A stretch of DNA of 58,324 nt from Bdellovibrionales bacterium (GTDB taxonomy: Bacteria > Bdellovibrionota > Bdellovibrionia > Bdellovibrionales > JAGQZY01): assembly GCA_031426555.1 (NCBI GenBank), contig JANPLN010000068.1:1-58324 (forward strand), read 5' to 3'. The translations under genes and the position numbers were made by a program. Shown here piece by piece: positions 23,920-34,366 of the stretch. Under the pieces are notes generated by a model. That model saw only the letters and a program-made list of their open reading frames with translations, was not told the DNA's origin and did not search any database. How positions within the stretch are numbered: the first letter of the stretch is position 1; every line of letters begins with the position of its first letter.

Positions 23920-24924
23920 TCAATCGAATTGAATTTTTGCCTCTCGCGCGTACTTAAGCCGATTGTGGGCAGCACAAAGTACTTGGAGATTCTGCGGCTC
24001 ATGGCCACCTCCCCGGCTCCAGCTATAAATATGGTCAATTTGCAGGAATTTTTTGTTCTCGCATTGTTTGCCTTGGTAATCCTTGTGGGAACAGGTGGCA
24101 GTGGGCTGAATTAATTCTTTGCGGATGGCCGCGGGGATGGCCGGGCGCTTTTGAGTCGTGGTATGTAGAATTTTTTTGGAGTTTGAAATCAGCGATTTGC
24201 GCATTTGTGGTTTCACTGCCGCTACGGCAGTAGGAGGCTGGAGAACCGTTGGTTCTCCATCACTGGGCTGATTTTGATTCACTTTTTGAGAGAAGGACTG
24301 ACGGGTGTTAGTTCTGCGCGAAACCTCGCGTTTTGCCAAATGGGTCACAACATTAGCCCAATTTTTATTCGGCACAGCATGGGAAATCATATTCTGCGCT
24401 TGTTCGAGGATTTTCATCTGTTCCGACGTAAAAGTAATGGTCAGCGTGACCGATTGATCTTTGTGAAGCGTTTCTTTTTGGACAGGTGTTATTGGTAGAT
24501 CCAAACTAGTAGCTAAAATCTGTTCTGTTTGTTTTTGTGTGGTATTTTCAATCTGTAAAAGCAAAGCCCTTTTATCTTTGGTGCTCAATACTTCATTTTT
24601 ATTTTTTTTAAGTTCTCGCGAAGCTCGCTCCAATTGATTGGCTTGGGACAGAGTGATGGAACCATTTTGTACTTTTTCGATCACCTCCGGCAGTTCACGT
24701 AATAAACGAGCGCCATCAATTCGGCGCATGGCAGCTCCCGGGCTGTAGCCCAAATTTTTCACCAGATAATCAAAAAGACTGGTGAAGTTTTTTTCTAAAT
24801 AAAGCCTACGCCGATCAATCTCGGCTATACATTCCAAAACCTGGGCGGTGATCTTTCGCTCGCTGCGCACAAGGTTTTCAAAACTAGCGAACAATTGCGT
24901 GTCAGATATTGAATTAAGATTCAT
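23920..24924 (-). CDS. HNH endonuclease with long helical N-terminal domain (DUF222-like architecture)
   Basis: C-terminal CSH...CENKKFLQIDHIYSWSRGGGHEPQNLQVLCAAHN; strong RBS AAGGAG. Confidence 0.9.
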   Translation of the reverse strand: MNLNSISDTQLFASFENLVRSERKITAQVLECIAEIDRRRLYLEKNFTSLFDYLVKNLGYSPGAAMRRIDGARLLRELPEVIEKVQNGSITLSQANQLERASRELKKNKNEVLSTKDKRALLLQIENTTQKQTEQILATSLDLPITPVQKETLHKDQSVTLTITFTSEQMKILEQAQNMISHAVPNKNWANVVTHLAKREVSRRTNTRQSFSQKVNQNQPSDGEPTVLQPPTAVAAVKPQMRKSLISNSKKILHTTTQKRPAIPAAIRKELIQPTATCSHKDYQGKQCENKKFLQIDHIYSWSRGGGHEPQNLQVLCAAHNRLKYAREAKIQFD

Positions 24925-25377
24925 GTTTTCTCCTTTTTAAGAGCTCTGATTTTGTGTTTACGATCGAACTTGCTCTGCTTTATAAAACATAACACGTGTT
25001 TTTATTTTCAATTTTCTGCATTTTTTCTGAGCCGGACATTTTTAAAATGACCTGAGTTAAATGAATTTTAAGCGGCTACAAACAGTTTTTGAGATGGGTT
25101 TATGAGATACCTTAGGTGCTGTATGAGTTAAACTTTAAGTCTCTCTATAAAAAGAATATGAGCGAAGAAACCGCGTCAAAGATTTTTTAAAATAAAACAC
25201 CGGATTAACACAACGCTATTGGTAGTTTTCTTTACAACATTTTCAATCCGTCTAAGACTAATTCAGTTCGGTTAACGATATTAGAGATCTCACGTTTTGA
25301 AACCATTGTTAGCCAGAATCGAATGATTTGGTTCTTTAGCAGATTGTACCCATAAACGAATCAAAATTTCGAAACGG

Positions 25378-25403
25378 ACTCCTCGAAATTTATTTCGAGG
25401 AGT
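25378..25403. repeat. Perfect 12-bp inverted repeat (hairpin)
   Basis: ACTCCTCGAAAT-TT-ATTTCGAGGAGT. Confidence 0.85.
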
Positions 25404-25687
25404 TTCGCTCGAACCCATGGACTTCGAATTCATTAAACTCTTGTTGAGAGCGACATTATTGTGACTGAAGAGTTGCCGCTACGACACGCGCTAAGCGTTA
25501 TAAGGATTGTCTGATTAGAATGGATTGGTCAAAAGTTTATGGCCACCTTTTTGAGCTAGATTTTTTTTGGAAATGTTATCTTTTTTGAGCTCGGCTCATC
25601 TCCCATTTGATATGGAGAGGATAAAAAATTTCCATCACTTAATGGCGAAATTGAATTTCTCTTACAGGTAAATTCTGCGAGTATCTT

Positions 25688-26404
25688 TTACCTAATCTTC
25701 GTAAACACGCGTTCTTGGCGCATGTCTTCGCCGATGCAGAAGACGGAGGCTGCGGGGGCGTCTTCTTTGCAGCTCATCCAGATCCACTGGGCTTTGCCGA
25801 GGAGGTTTGTGATGGGCAGACTGCCCCACACGCGGCTGTCGGAGGAGCGATCGCGATTGTCGCCCATTAAAAACAAATGGCCGTCGGGCACGATAAACTC
25901 GCGCTCCTGTTCGGATTCCCACTCACTGCCTACGGTTTCGTATTGTACGAGATGCTCAACATCGCCGAGGGTTTCCTCAAAATACTCGAAGCCCTCTTCT
26001 TTAATTTCCGGCTGGACAATTTGTAAGACGGGTTTGTCGTTGATCACCAAGCGCTCGCCTTTTCGATCAACAACAATTTTATCGCCAGGCAGTCCCACAA
26101 CCCGCTTGACCATAAAATAGTAATCGTCGTCGCGAGAGCGAAAGACCACCACGTCACCGCGCTGCGGAGTGCGCGGTCCCCAAATCCATTTTTTGGTGAA
26201 GGGAATTCGCAGACCGTAAGAAAATTTTGAAACCAAAATGTAATCTTTAATGAGAAGCGTGGGGATCATACTTCCTGAGGGAACCAAAAACGGTTCGCCG
26301 AGGGACCACCGTAAACCGCAGATGATAACAACAATTAACGCAAAATCCCGGATCACTTGAAGCCAACGGCCTTGTAAGTTTTTTTCCACAGACGCTGAAC
26401 TCAT
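25688..26404 (-). CDS. lepB: Signal peptidase I (second copy)
   Basis: VPSGSMIPTL, VKRVVGLPGD, MGDNRDRSSDSR. Confidence 0.95.
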   Translation of the reverse strand: MSSASVEKNLQGRWLQVIRDFALIVVIICGLRWSLGEPFLVPSGSMIPTLLIKDYILVSKFSYGLRIPFTKKWIWGPRTPQRGDVVVFRSRDDDYYFMVKRVVGLPGDKIVVDRKGERLVINDKPVLQIVQPEIKEEGFEYFEETLGDVEHLVQYETVGSEWESEQEREFIVPDGHLFLMGDNRDRSSDSRVWGSLPITNLLGKAQWIWMSCKEDAPAASVFCIGEDMRQERVFTKIR

Positions 26405-26462
26405 ATAGTTAATTTCATACAGTTGAACTCATAAACATTTCATTCCCGAAAGTAATTTTCTA

Positions 26463-27227
26463 TTATTCAACCCAGTGAAAGAATCGACCCCAACGAATCG
26501 TTGTCGGTTTACAGAGCGGAATTGGTAGCGCGCCAAAAACCTCTTCGCAGGAGAGCCATACGAACATGGCGCGACCGAGGATATTTTCTTCTGGAACAAA
26601 TCCCCAACCGCGAGAATCGTGGGAACGGTGGCGATTGTCGCCCATAACAAATAATGAATTTGGTGGAACGGTGACGGGTCCAAAAGGAGCTTCCTCTTGA
26701 GCGCGGCCTTTGCGAAGGAGAACGTCGTGCTCAACGTCGCCCAATTTTTCGCGCCAGTGTTCGTAGTCATTCACAGTGTCGACGGAGCCGCCCTCTTGAA
26801 AGTCGCGGTCGCGCAGCCACGAATAATTTTTGTTGGCTTCTTCGGAGTGACCGGTTTCTTCAGGTTTAATTAATCCCACCACTTCGTCGTTGATAAAGAT
26901 TTTACCTTCTTTAAACGCAATGGAGTCGCCAGGCAAACCCACAACCCGCTTAATAAAAAATATAGATTTGTCTTCGGGTTTTTTAAAAACAATCACTTCG
27001 CCGCGCTCGGGAGAGCGAAATTTGGTTAACCAGCTTTCGCTAAACGGCACACGCAAGCCATAAACAAATTTATTTACAAAAATATGATCGCGAATCAAGA
27101 GACTTGGCAACATACTGCCCGAAGGAATCACATAAGCTTCCATAAAGCCCCAACGAATGGTCAAAGCCAACAAGATCGCTAAAAAATAAGAACCCAATCC
27201 TTCGGTCCAAAACTTTTTCGTAAACAT
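26463..27227 (-). CDS. lepB: Signal peptidase I
   Basis: IPSGSMLPSL, IKRVVGLPGD, MGDNRHRSHDSR; directly after lepA. Confidence 0.96.
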   Translation of the reverse strand: MFTKKFWTEGLGSYFLAILLALTIRWGFMEAYVIPSGSMLPSLLIRDHIFVNKFVYGLRVPFSESWLTKFRSPERGEVIVFKKPEDKSIFFIKRVVGLPGDSIAFKEGKIFINDEVVGLIKPEETGHSEEANKNYSWLRDRDFQEGGSVDTVNDYEHWREKLGDVEHDVLLRKGRAQEEAPFGPVTVPPNSLFVMGDNRHRSHDSRGWGFVPEENILGRAMFVWLSCEEVFGALPIPLCKPTTIRWGRFFHWVE

Positions 27228-29027
27228 TTAATCCTCCACCTTTAGAATCGCTAAAAACGCCTCTTGCGGCACGTCCACCGTACCAATCTGCTTCATGCGT
27301 TTTTTGCCTTCTTTTTGTTTATCGAGAAGTTTTCTTTTTCGAGAAATATCTCCTCCATAACATTTTGCTGTTACATCTTTTCTTATAGCACTGATTGTCT
27401 CTCTGGCTACAATCTTAACCCCAATGGACGCCTGAATGGCAATTTGAAACTGCTGGCGGGGGATTAACTCTTTCATTTTAGCACACAAAGCCCGGCCCTT
27501 ATTTTGCGCTGACGCGCGATGGACGATCAATGACAGAGCGTCGATGGGATCGCCGTTAATCATAATGTCCAACTTTATTAAGTCGGCCTCTTCGTAGCCA
27601 ATGATTTCGTACTCCATGGACGCATAACCCTTAGTGATGGTTTTGAGCTTGTCGTAAAAATCGATGACCATCTCGTTCATGGGAAGTTTATAATTGAGCA
27701 TCACCTTTTTTTCGGTGAGGTAGTCCAAACTAATTTGCGATCCACGTTTGGCTTCACACAACTTCATGATCGAACCAATGTATTCCGCTGGTGTGTGCAG
27801 AGTGATTTTCACGCACGGCTCTTCGAGTCTCGCAATTTTTGTAAGATCAGGAAGATCCGTTGGGTTTTCCAACTCCACCTGTTCGCCGGTGTTTAAAAAC
27901 ACTCGGTAGACAACCGTTGGTGCGGTGGTGATCAAATTAAGATTAAACTCGCGCTCCAAGCGCTCTTGCACGATTTCCATGTGTAGAAGTCCTAAGAAAC
28001 CGCAGCGAAAGCCGAAGCCCAGCGCCGCCGAAGACTCTGTATCGTACGTCAAACTTGAATCGTTCAGTGTCAGTTTATCAAGTGCCACTTCTAAATTTTT
28101 ATAATCTGTGGAATCCACAGGATAGATTCCGGCAAAAACCATGGGCTTTACTTTTTGAAATCCTGAGAGAGCTTCGGTGGCTGGTTTTTTCGCACTGGTG
28201 ATGGTGTCACCCACAGAAACATCTTTAATACTTTTAATTCCACAGACAAAGTATCCCACTTCGCCCGCAGCAAGCTCGCTGAGCTCGATGGCCGCTGGTG
28301 TGAAATAACCCAACTTCAACACTTCGTATTGAGCTTGATTGGACATAAACTGAATACGCTCGCCTTTGCGAATGGAACCGTCCATAATCCGACAAAGAAC
28401 CACAACACCTTGATAAACATCAAACCACGAGTCAAAGACGAGAGCACGCAAAGTGGCCGTGCTATCACCTTTAGGAGCTGGAATTTTTTTAACAACGGCT
28501 TCGAGAATATCCGCAATCCCTACACGGGTTTTTGCACTGGCATGGATAATATCGGAACAATCAATACCAATACCGTCCTCGATTTGTTTTGTAACGCCTT
28601 CGGGATCCGCCGAGGGAAGATCGATTTTATTGAGCACGGGAATAATTTCGAGATTGTTATCCATGGCCAAATAAACATTGGCGAGAGTTTGCGCTTCCAC
28701 ACCTTGAGCTGCATCCACCACAAGAATGGCGCCTTCGCAGGCGGCGAGAGACCGTGAAACTTCGTAACTAAAATCCACATGCCCGGGAGTGTCGATGAGA
28801 TTCATCTGATAGATTTGTCCATCCAAAGCTTTGTAATTGAGGCGAACGGTTTGCGCTTTGATAGTGATGCCGCGCTCGCGCTCGATATCCATGCTGTCGA
28901 GAACTTGCGCTTTCATTTCACGGTCAGAAAGGGCACCAGTGGCTTGAATCAAACCATCGGCGAGGGTGGATTTTCCGTGGTCGATGTGAGCAATAATAGA
29001 GAAGTTACGTATCTTCGATGATTCCAT
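27228..29027 (-). CDS. lepA: Elongation factor 4 (LepA)
   Basis: [52 protein letters not shown]. Confidence 0.98.
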   Translation of the reverse strand: MESSKIRNFSIIAHIDHGKSTLADGLIQATGALSDREMKAQVLDSMDIERERGITIKAQTVRLNYKALDGQIYQMNLIDTPGHVDFSYEVSRSLAACEGAILVVDAAQGVEAQTLANVYLAMDNNLEIIPVLNKIDLPSADPEGVTKQIEDGIGIDCSDIIHASAKTRVGIADILEAVVKKIPAPKGDSTATLRALVFDSWFDVYQGVVVLCRIMDGSIRKGERIQFMSNQAQYEVLKLGYFTPAAIELSELAAGEVGYFVCGIKSIKDVSVGDTITSAKKPATEALSGFQKVKPMVFAGIYPVDSTDYKNLEVALDKLTLNDSSLTYDTESSAALGFGFRCGFLGLLHMEIVQERLEREFNLNLITTAPTVVYRVFLNTGEQVELENPTDLPDLTKIARLEEPCVKITLHTPAEYIGSIMKLCEAKRGSQISLDYLTEKKVMLNYKLPMNEMVIDFYDKLKTITKGYASMEYEIIGYEEADLIKLDIMINGDPIDALSLIVHRASAQNKGRALCAKMKELIPRQQFQIAIQASIGVKIVARETISAIRKDVTAKCYGGDISRKRKLLDKQKEGKKRMKQIGTVDVPQEAFLAILKVED

Positions 29028-29055
29028 GGGAACCACCGAAGATACACATATTTAC

Positions 29056-30213
29056 CTAGCGTGAAAAGTAGTCTTTTAAGGCGTCGACCTTATTTAACTT
29101 TTCCCAAGTAAAACTCTCTTCGTTGCGGCCGAAGTGACCGTAAGCCGCCGTTTTGCTGTAACGTGGCTTTAAGAGATCAAACTGCTCCGTGATTTGGGCT
29201 GGCTTTAATCCCCAGATGACTTTCACGGCCGCCGAGAGTTTTTCCGAGCTGACTTTGCCCGTTCCGTAGTCATTCACCATGACGCTGACCGGTTCGGCAA
29301 CGCCAATGGCATAGGCCAATTGCACGAGACATTTTTCTGCAAGACATGAAGACACTATATTTTTTGCGATGTGACGGGCTGCATAGGCCGCCGAGCGGTC
29401 CACCTTGGAAGGGTCCTTGCCCGAAAACGCGCCGCCACCGTGGGCTCCATGGCCTCCATAGGTGTCGACGATGATTTTACGACCAGTGAGACCGCAATCA
29501 CCCTGAGGACCTCCGATCACAAAACGACCGGTGGGATTAATAAAGTATTTTGTGTTTTTATCCAGCCACTGGCTTGGGATGGACTCAGGAATCACCTGAT
29601 CCATGATAAATTCTTTGAGTGTGGCATGGGAAACGTCTTCTGAGTGTTGAGTCGAAATCACCACGGCGTCGACGCGCTTGGCTTTTCCGTCAACGTACTC
29701 CACCGTCACTTGGCTTTTGCTATCAGGGCGTAGAAAGTTGACTTTGTTTTGTTTGCGCATGCTGGCTAAATTTTGCATGAGTTTGTGGGAAAGCGAAATG
29801 GTCAAAGGCATAACCTCTGGTGTTTCGTTGATGGCATAGCCAAACATAATGCCTTGATCGCCCGCACCCTGTTCTTTTTGCGCGCCATCATCGACGCCCA
29901 TGGCAATGTCAGGACTTTGTTTGTCGAGCGTGGTGATCACAGCACAGGTTTTGTAATCAAAACCTTTTTCGCTGTTGTCGTAACCGATGTTTTTGATCAC
30001 ATTTCGTGCGATTTCAGGAACACTGAAGTTGGCTTTTGTCGTGATTTCGCCGGCCACAACACACATGCCGGTGGTCACCAGGGTTTCACAGGCAACGCGC
30101 CCCTTGGGATCTTGACGGAGGATTTCGTCCAGCACCGCATCGCTGATTTGATCGGCGATTTTGTCGGGGTGACCTTCGGAAACAGATTCACTGGTAAATA
30201 GATAATTTTTCAT
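29056..30213 (-). CDS. metK: S-adenosylmethionine synthetase
   Basis: [35 protein letters not shown]. Confidence 0.98.
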   Translation of the reverse strand: MKNYLFTSESVSEGHPDKIADQISDAVLDEILRQDPKGRVACETLVTTGMCVVAGEITTKANFSVPEIARNVIKNIGYDNSEKGFDYKTCAVITTLDKQSPDIAMGVDDGAQKEQGAGDQGIMFGYAINETPEVMPLTISLSHKLMQNLASMRKQNKVNFLRPDSKSQVTVEYVDGKAKRVDAVVISTQHSEDVSHATLKEFIMDQVIPESIPSQWLDKNTKYFINPTGRFVIGGPQGDCGLTGRKIIVDTYGGHGAHGGGAFSGKDPSKVDRSAAYAARHIAKNIVSSCLAEKCLVQLAYAIGVAEPVSVMVNDYGTGKVSSEKLSAAVKVIWGLKPAQITEQFDLLKPRYSKTAAYGHFGRNEESFTWEKLNKVDALKDYFSR

Positions 30214-30255
30214 CAAAAACCTCACTCGAAAAACGTGAGATTCTTAGCTAACAGA

Positions 30256-30287
30256 AGCCCAGGGTTGCGTCAATATCGCCCCGGGCT
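30256..30287 (-). terminator. Putative stem-loop terminator after the lipoprotein gene
   Basis: AGCCCGGG-GCG..CGC-AA-CCCTGGGCT followed by a weak TCTGTT tail. Confidence 0.4.
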
Positions 30288-30301
30288 GAGTGTTGGGTTG
30301 G

Positions 30302-31264
30302 TTACTGTGGACCGAATTGTGAGCCCGAGAGGGGATCAACAACAGTTTGCGTTCCAGTGCCACCTGTTTGTGCAGCTGCCTGGCCTTCACTACGAGACTG
30401 TTTGTAAGCGCGGACTTGGCGCTGACGAATCAAATCAGAACGTTGCGACTTCAACGCTGTCAGGCGAGCACGCATTTCATTAGTCACTGTGGGAGTGTTG
30501 TTTTTGATTTGTGCTTCAATGGTTTGAATGTCGCGAGTCAACTGCTGTAATTGAGCAGTTTCTTTAACCAGTTTTTCACCTTCAATACGCGATTGTGCGT
30601 ATTCGTGGTAAGCGCTACGCGTTTTTCTTTGTGCTAAGCACTGACTGATGCTCTGTTCGATGGTTTGTGGATTGGCGAAAACATCGCTTTCGTTTTGCGC
30701 TGGACGGTAAACTCCGTTTTCATCCTTGCTCAAACGCACAGACGTGATGGCGGTAACAACGTTTTGTCTTAAGTTACCATCAGAGAATTGTTCGCCTCTT
30801 GATTCGATGTACAATAAAACATCGCTGCAATCACTGGTATCGATACAAACAACGCGACCAACACCGTTGACTTTCACTTGACCATTTATAAGGTCAGCTT
30901 CACGAAATGGAGGGACTTGGATTTGTCGAGGGGTGCAGTTTTCAGAGGACCGGTCTAAAACCGTTAATTGCATGGAAAGCATTCCAGGGACTGTTACGTT
31001 TTCTGTGCCCATAGTGAAAGTTTCGACTTGAACACCCTGGGTGCCGGCTTTGAGCTCTTGGCTCTCTTCGGTTTCGCTCAATTGTGAGAATGTGTCGTCT
31101 TTGGCAAGCATATCAAGTGCGACTTGTTCGGAAGACGATTCGGAACCTCCACCCGCGCCGCCAGAGCCGCCGCTGCCGGAGGCCGTGCGGTAAGAATCCT
31201 TGTTCGAGCACGCGCCCATAGTTAATGATAGACACGCCAGTGTGATAAGTAATTGCTTTTTCAT
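30302..31264 (-). CDS. Hypothetical lipoprotein (4-Cys domain plus coiled-coil tail)
   Basis: GGAGG RBS, lipobox MGAC, Gly/Ser linker; paralogous to 31438-32190. Confidence 0.82.
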   Translation of the reverse strand: MKKQLLITLACLSLTMGACSNKDSYRTASGSGGSGGAGGGSESSSEQVALDMLAKDDTFSQLSETEESQELKAGTQGVQVETFTMGTENVTVPGMLSMQLTVLDRSSENCTPRQIQVPPFREADLINGQVKVNGVGRVVCIDTSDCSDVLLYIESRGEQFSDGNLRQNVVTAITSVRLSKDENGVYRPAQNESDVFANPQTIEQSISQCLAQRKTRSAYHEYAQSRIEGEKLVKETAQLQQLTRDIQTIEAQIKNNTPTVTNEMRARLTALKSQRSDLIRQRQVRAYKQSRSEGQAAAQTGGTGTQTVVDPLSGSQFGPQ

Positions 31265-31437
31265 GTTTGGATCCTCCCAAGGATTCAATAGGTTTAAAAC
31301 TGTTCCGAAGATCTAAAGAGCAAACGCGAGGCCACCTCAAAAGCAAATAAAGCCGATTCAACAAGCCGGCAAATGCTAAAGAGCCCTTGAAGGGCTCTTG
31401 CGAGGTGGTTAGAAACAAATTTGGTCACTGGTTAAAC

Positions 31438-32190
31438 CTAAAAGAAACCGTTGCCTGTGTATTTATAAGGGCGGTTGAAATATTCGTCGGAATCATAAAG
31501 ACTCGTGGGATCGATCATAAAAATGATATCTGCCGCAGACTGAATTGTTTGAATTGGTTTCATACAATATTGAAAATCAACGGCGTAGTCAGGAACCTGT
31601 AAAAACACTTCGTTGTCTGCAACCGTTGGAATATATCTTTCAACTCCATCACTTTGCGACTTGTTTTCTAAGATCACAGCAACAGAAGCGCGAACCAAAC
31701 CCGTCGAAGAGACAACCGAGCTTGGTGTTTGGGTAATCGTCAAATAGAGATACTCACATTTTTTTGTCTTGTCGTTAAAACGAAAACATTTCGCCTCGCC
31801 AAAGTCTTCGATTTTGAACAGGCTGTCTTCTTGCTTAAAGATCTTAGTGTCAACATCGTAACTGCGGTAAACGGCTTGCGAACAGTTGTCAGCTGTTTCT
31901 GAAAAAGAGACCGTGACCACAACGTCGGCTTTAGTTTTTTCCTGATTTTTGTAGTTCATATCCAAATTAATTCCGATGGTTTCTCGACGAATTGCTCGGC
32001 TTGAAGTGCTATTGACAGTTTGGCTCGCATTGGACGTGGAGCGTTTGTACATCTCGTCAGCTCGCGCATTGAACTCTTCGGGAAGAGGATTTGAACCTTG
32101 AGGAGCTCGAAATGGAATGCCATCTTCTTGGTTTCCGCAACCAATCAAGATCACACTGGCTATAATAAGTATAAGTCCGTTCTTAAGCAC
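31438..32190 (-). CDS. Hypothetical lipoprotein (4-Cys domain)
   Basis: GTG start after GGAGG; lipobox LIGC. Confidence 0.8.
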   Translation of the reverse strand: MLKNGLILIIASVILIGCGNQEDGIPFRAPQGSNPLPEEFNARADEMYKRSTSNASQTVNSTSSRAIRRETIGINLDMNYKNQEKTKADVVVTVSFSETADNCSQAVYRSYDVDTKIFKQEDSLFKIEDFGEAKCFRFNDKTKKCEYLYLTITQTPSSVVSSTGLVRASVAVILENKSQSDGVERYIPTVADNEVFLQVPDYAVDFQYCMKPIQTIQSAADIIFMIDPTSLYDSDEYFNRPYKYTGNGFF

Positions 32191-32311
32191 AAGGCCTCCC
32201 ATAACCACTACAAAGAGCAAACCAGGGACCACGCCAAATCGCATATATTAGTTTTAGCGAGTTCGGTGACAATTAAGGCTTTACAGTTGTTGGCAATAAA
32301 GCTGTGGCGCT

Positions 32312-32815
32312 TTATTGTTGAGGCAATTCTTTAGCGGGAACGCCGGCCACTGAGACGCCGGCCGGAACGTTTTTAGTGACCACGGAATTTGCGCCAATTT
32401 TCGCGTTTTTACCAATGATGATGGCCCCGAGAACTTTTGCACCGGCCCCCACCATGACGCCGTTTTCTAGAGTTGGGTGGCGTTTTTTATGCTCGAGAGA
32501 AACTCCGCCAAGAGTGACCCCGTGATAGATCATACAGTCGTCACCCACAATGGCCGTTTCGCCGATCACAATGCCGGCGCCGTGATCGATAAATAATTTT
32601 TTTCCAATTTTAGCTCCTGGGTGAATCTCCACCAAGGTGATCCAGCGCGAAAACTCGCTGATCAAGCGTGCGATAAAAAAAAGTTGGAGGTTATAAAAAA
32701 AATGAGCGATGCGATGAAAGAACACAGCTTTCGGGCCGGGGTACAAAAGGACAACTTCTAGGTACGACCGCGCGGCGGGATCGTTTTTGCGATAAACTTT
32801 TAAGAACTCGATCAT
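32312..32815 (-). CDS. cysE: Serine O-acetyltransferase
   Basis: [40 protein letters not shown] hexapeptide repeats. Confidence 0.95.
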   Translation of the reverse strand: MIEFLKVYRKNDPAARSYLEVVLLYPGPKAVFFHRIAHFFYNLQLFFIARLISEFSRWITLVEIHPGAKIGKKLFIDHGAGIVIGETAIVGDDCMIYHGVTLGGVSLEHKKRHPTLENGVMVGAGAKVLGAIIIGKNAKIGANSVVTKNVPAGVSVAGVPAKELPQQ

Positions 32816-33771
32816 TCAGACCACTTATTTCCTTTTACGTAGAAATTTCTTTCGAAGAGTTGCGAGTACAAAGACCATGGCTCATCCCCTTGTGTCAATG
32901 ACATCGCGGTCTGAATAGAATCAATTTTGCTGTCCATTTCGTCGAGCATCCACAGCACATAGGCCTCTAAAGTTTGTGGAAGCTTGGGCGAGCCGTACTC
33001 GTGTTTCCCATGATGACTCAAAATCATATGCTTACAAATATCTTTGAGTTGCGGCGGAAAATTAAAGATCGACTGGGTCTTTTTTTCGACAAGTTCGCAG
33101 GCCATAAGCATGTGGCCCAAAAGCCGGCCGCGATCGGTGTAACGGATTCCACCTTCGTCGATTTTAAGTTCCCAAATTTTTCCAATATCATGAAAAATTG
33201 CGCCATAGATAAGAAGATCCAAATTGAGTTGCGGATAGTTTTTACAAATTAATTGTGCCAGTTTTACGATAGATACAATGTGCTCGAGGAGCCCGCCAAA
33301 CTTGGCGTGGTGAATAGATTTGGCCGCGGGCGCCACGAGTAACAGCGGCTTGATTGTAGGATCACTGAGCGTTCCCAAAATCAAAGTCTTTAGTGCCACG
33401 CTTTCAACCGTCTCGACAATCTTCAAAAGCTCTAAAAATAATTCTTCGGGCTCTGATTTTGAAGACTGAATGTAATCTTTCAGGTCTACTTCGCCCTCAA
33501 AGCGTTCGATTTTATGAATTACAATTTGTTTGCGATTTTGGTAAAGCTGAACCGTGCCTTTTACCAAAATAATATCTCCCGATTCGAATTGCCCGCCAAT
33601 TTGCTCCACGTTGTCCCAGGCTTTGGCATCCACGTCCCCTGTGGAATCACTCAGCAAAAAACTCATGTAACTCTTGCCTTTTTTATCCTTGAGGAGCGTT
33701 TTTCCCTTAGCTAAAAAAAGAGACTGGACACTTTGTTTATCTTGCAGCTGAGATATAAAAACTTTTTCCAT
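32812..33771 (-). CDS. yhaM: OB-fold/HD-domain 3'-5' exoribonuclease (YhaM/Cbf1 family)
   Basis: N-terminal OB fold (LSDSTG...WD), [26 protein letters not shown]...GSP. Confidence 0.9.
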   Translation of the reverse strand: MEKVFISQLQDKQSVQSLFLAKGKTLLKDKKGKSYMSFLLSDSTGDVDAKAWDNVEQIGGQFESGDIILVKGTVQLYQNRKQIVIHKIERFEGEVDLKDYIQSSKSEPEELFLELLKIVETVESVALKTLILGTLSDPTIKPLLLVAPAAKSIHHAKFGGLLEHIVSIVKLAQLICKNYPQLNLDLLIYGAIFHDIGKIWELKIDEGGIRYTDRGRLLGHMLMACELVEKKTQSIFNFPPQLKDICKHMILSHHGKHEYGSPKLPQTLEAYVLWMLDEMDSKIDSIQTAMSLTQGDEPWSLYSQLFERNFYVKGNKWSE

Positions 33772-33798
33772 TTTTTCCCTTTTGAATAGATAAGCCGA

Positions 33799-34359
33799 TT
33801 AAACACAAAGTCGATGGGACCAGCGGCCGTCGCGCACTCGAAAAAAAACCATCTTAATATTCTTGCCCTGTTTTTTTACTAACAAATAATCGCCTCCCAA
33901 CAAATTGAGGTAATGGCCCGCTTTCGTCAGCAGTTTGATTCCATCCGAGGAAAACAGCTTGTGCATTTTGTCTTTAAGTTTCACCGCCTGGCCGCAGCCG
34001 AGACCCAGTGTCTGAGTTCCAAGTTCCATCGCTTTGTATCGACTGACAAAATACAAAGCTGTATCGCCTTTAAGCTCGAAAGGAGATTTAAAATAAATAT
34101 AAAAGTGAGGCCAAATCTTGTCCACGTAACTCGACAGATCCAGCACTTCTTGGGTGTAACCCACTTTTAACTTTTGCTCGTCGCCCTTGGTGCCCCGCAA
34201 AGTCACTTCGACGTCCAAAAACTCTGCCGAGTCATCAAAGTTTTTAATGGCAAAATCTTTTTGCACCTTTTCAAACAGTTCCGCGGGAACAGGAACTGCG
34301 GTTTTAACCATTTCGGCTTTTACTGACAACGCAAATAAGAAACCCAGCAGCAACATCAT
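33799..34359 (-). CDS. Hypothetical secreted protein
   Basis: Signal peptide ending in VKA; 186 aa; tightly packed in an operon. Confidence 0.75.
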   Translation of the reverse strand: MMLLLGFLFALSVKAEMVKTAVPVPAELFEKVQKDFAIKNFDDSAEFLDVEVTLRGTKGDEQKLKVGYTQEVLDLSSYVDKIWPHFYIYFKSPFELKGDTALYFVSRYKAMELGTQTLGLGCGQAVKLKDKMHKLFSSDGIKLLTKAGHYLNLLGGDYLLVKKQGKNIKMVFFRVRDGRWSHRLCV

Positions 34360-34366
34360 TTATTTC

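Noticed and set aside
23920..24924. IscB, Cas9 or TnpB identity for the HNH protein
   Set aside because: No RuvC motifs, PLMP domain or CRISPR repeats were seen; only a C-terminal HNH.
30214..30301. SAM riboswitch upstream of metK
   Set aside because: The gap is only about 88 bp. It has a terminator-like stem and a weak 5-bp hairpin (CTCAC/GTGAG) over the RBS, but no recognisable SAM-I, II, III or V consensus.
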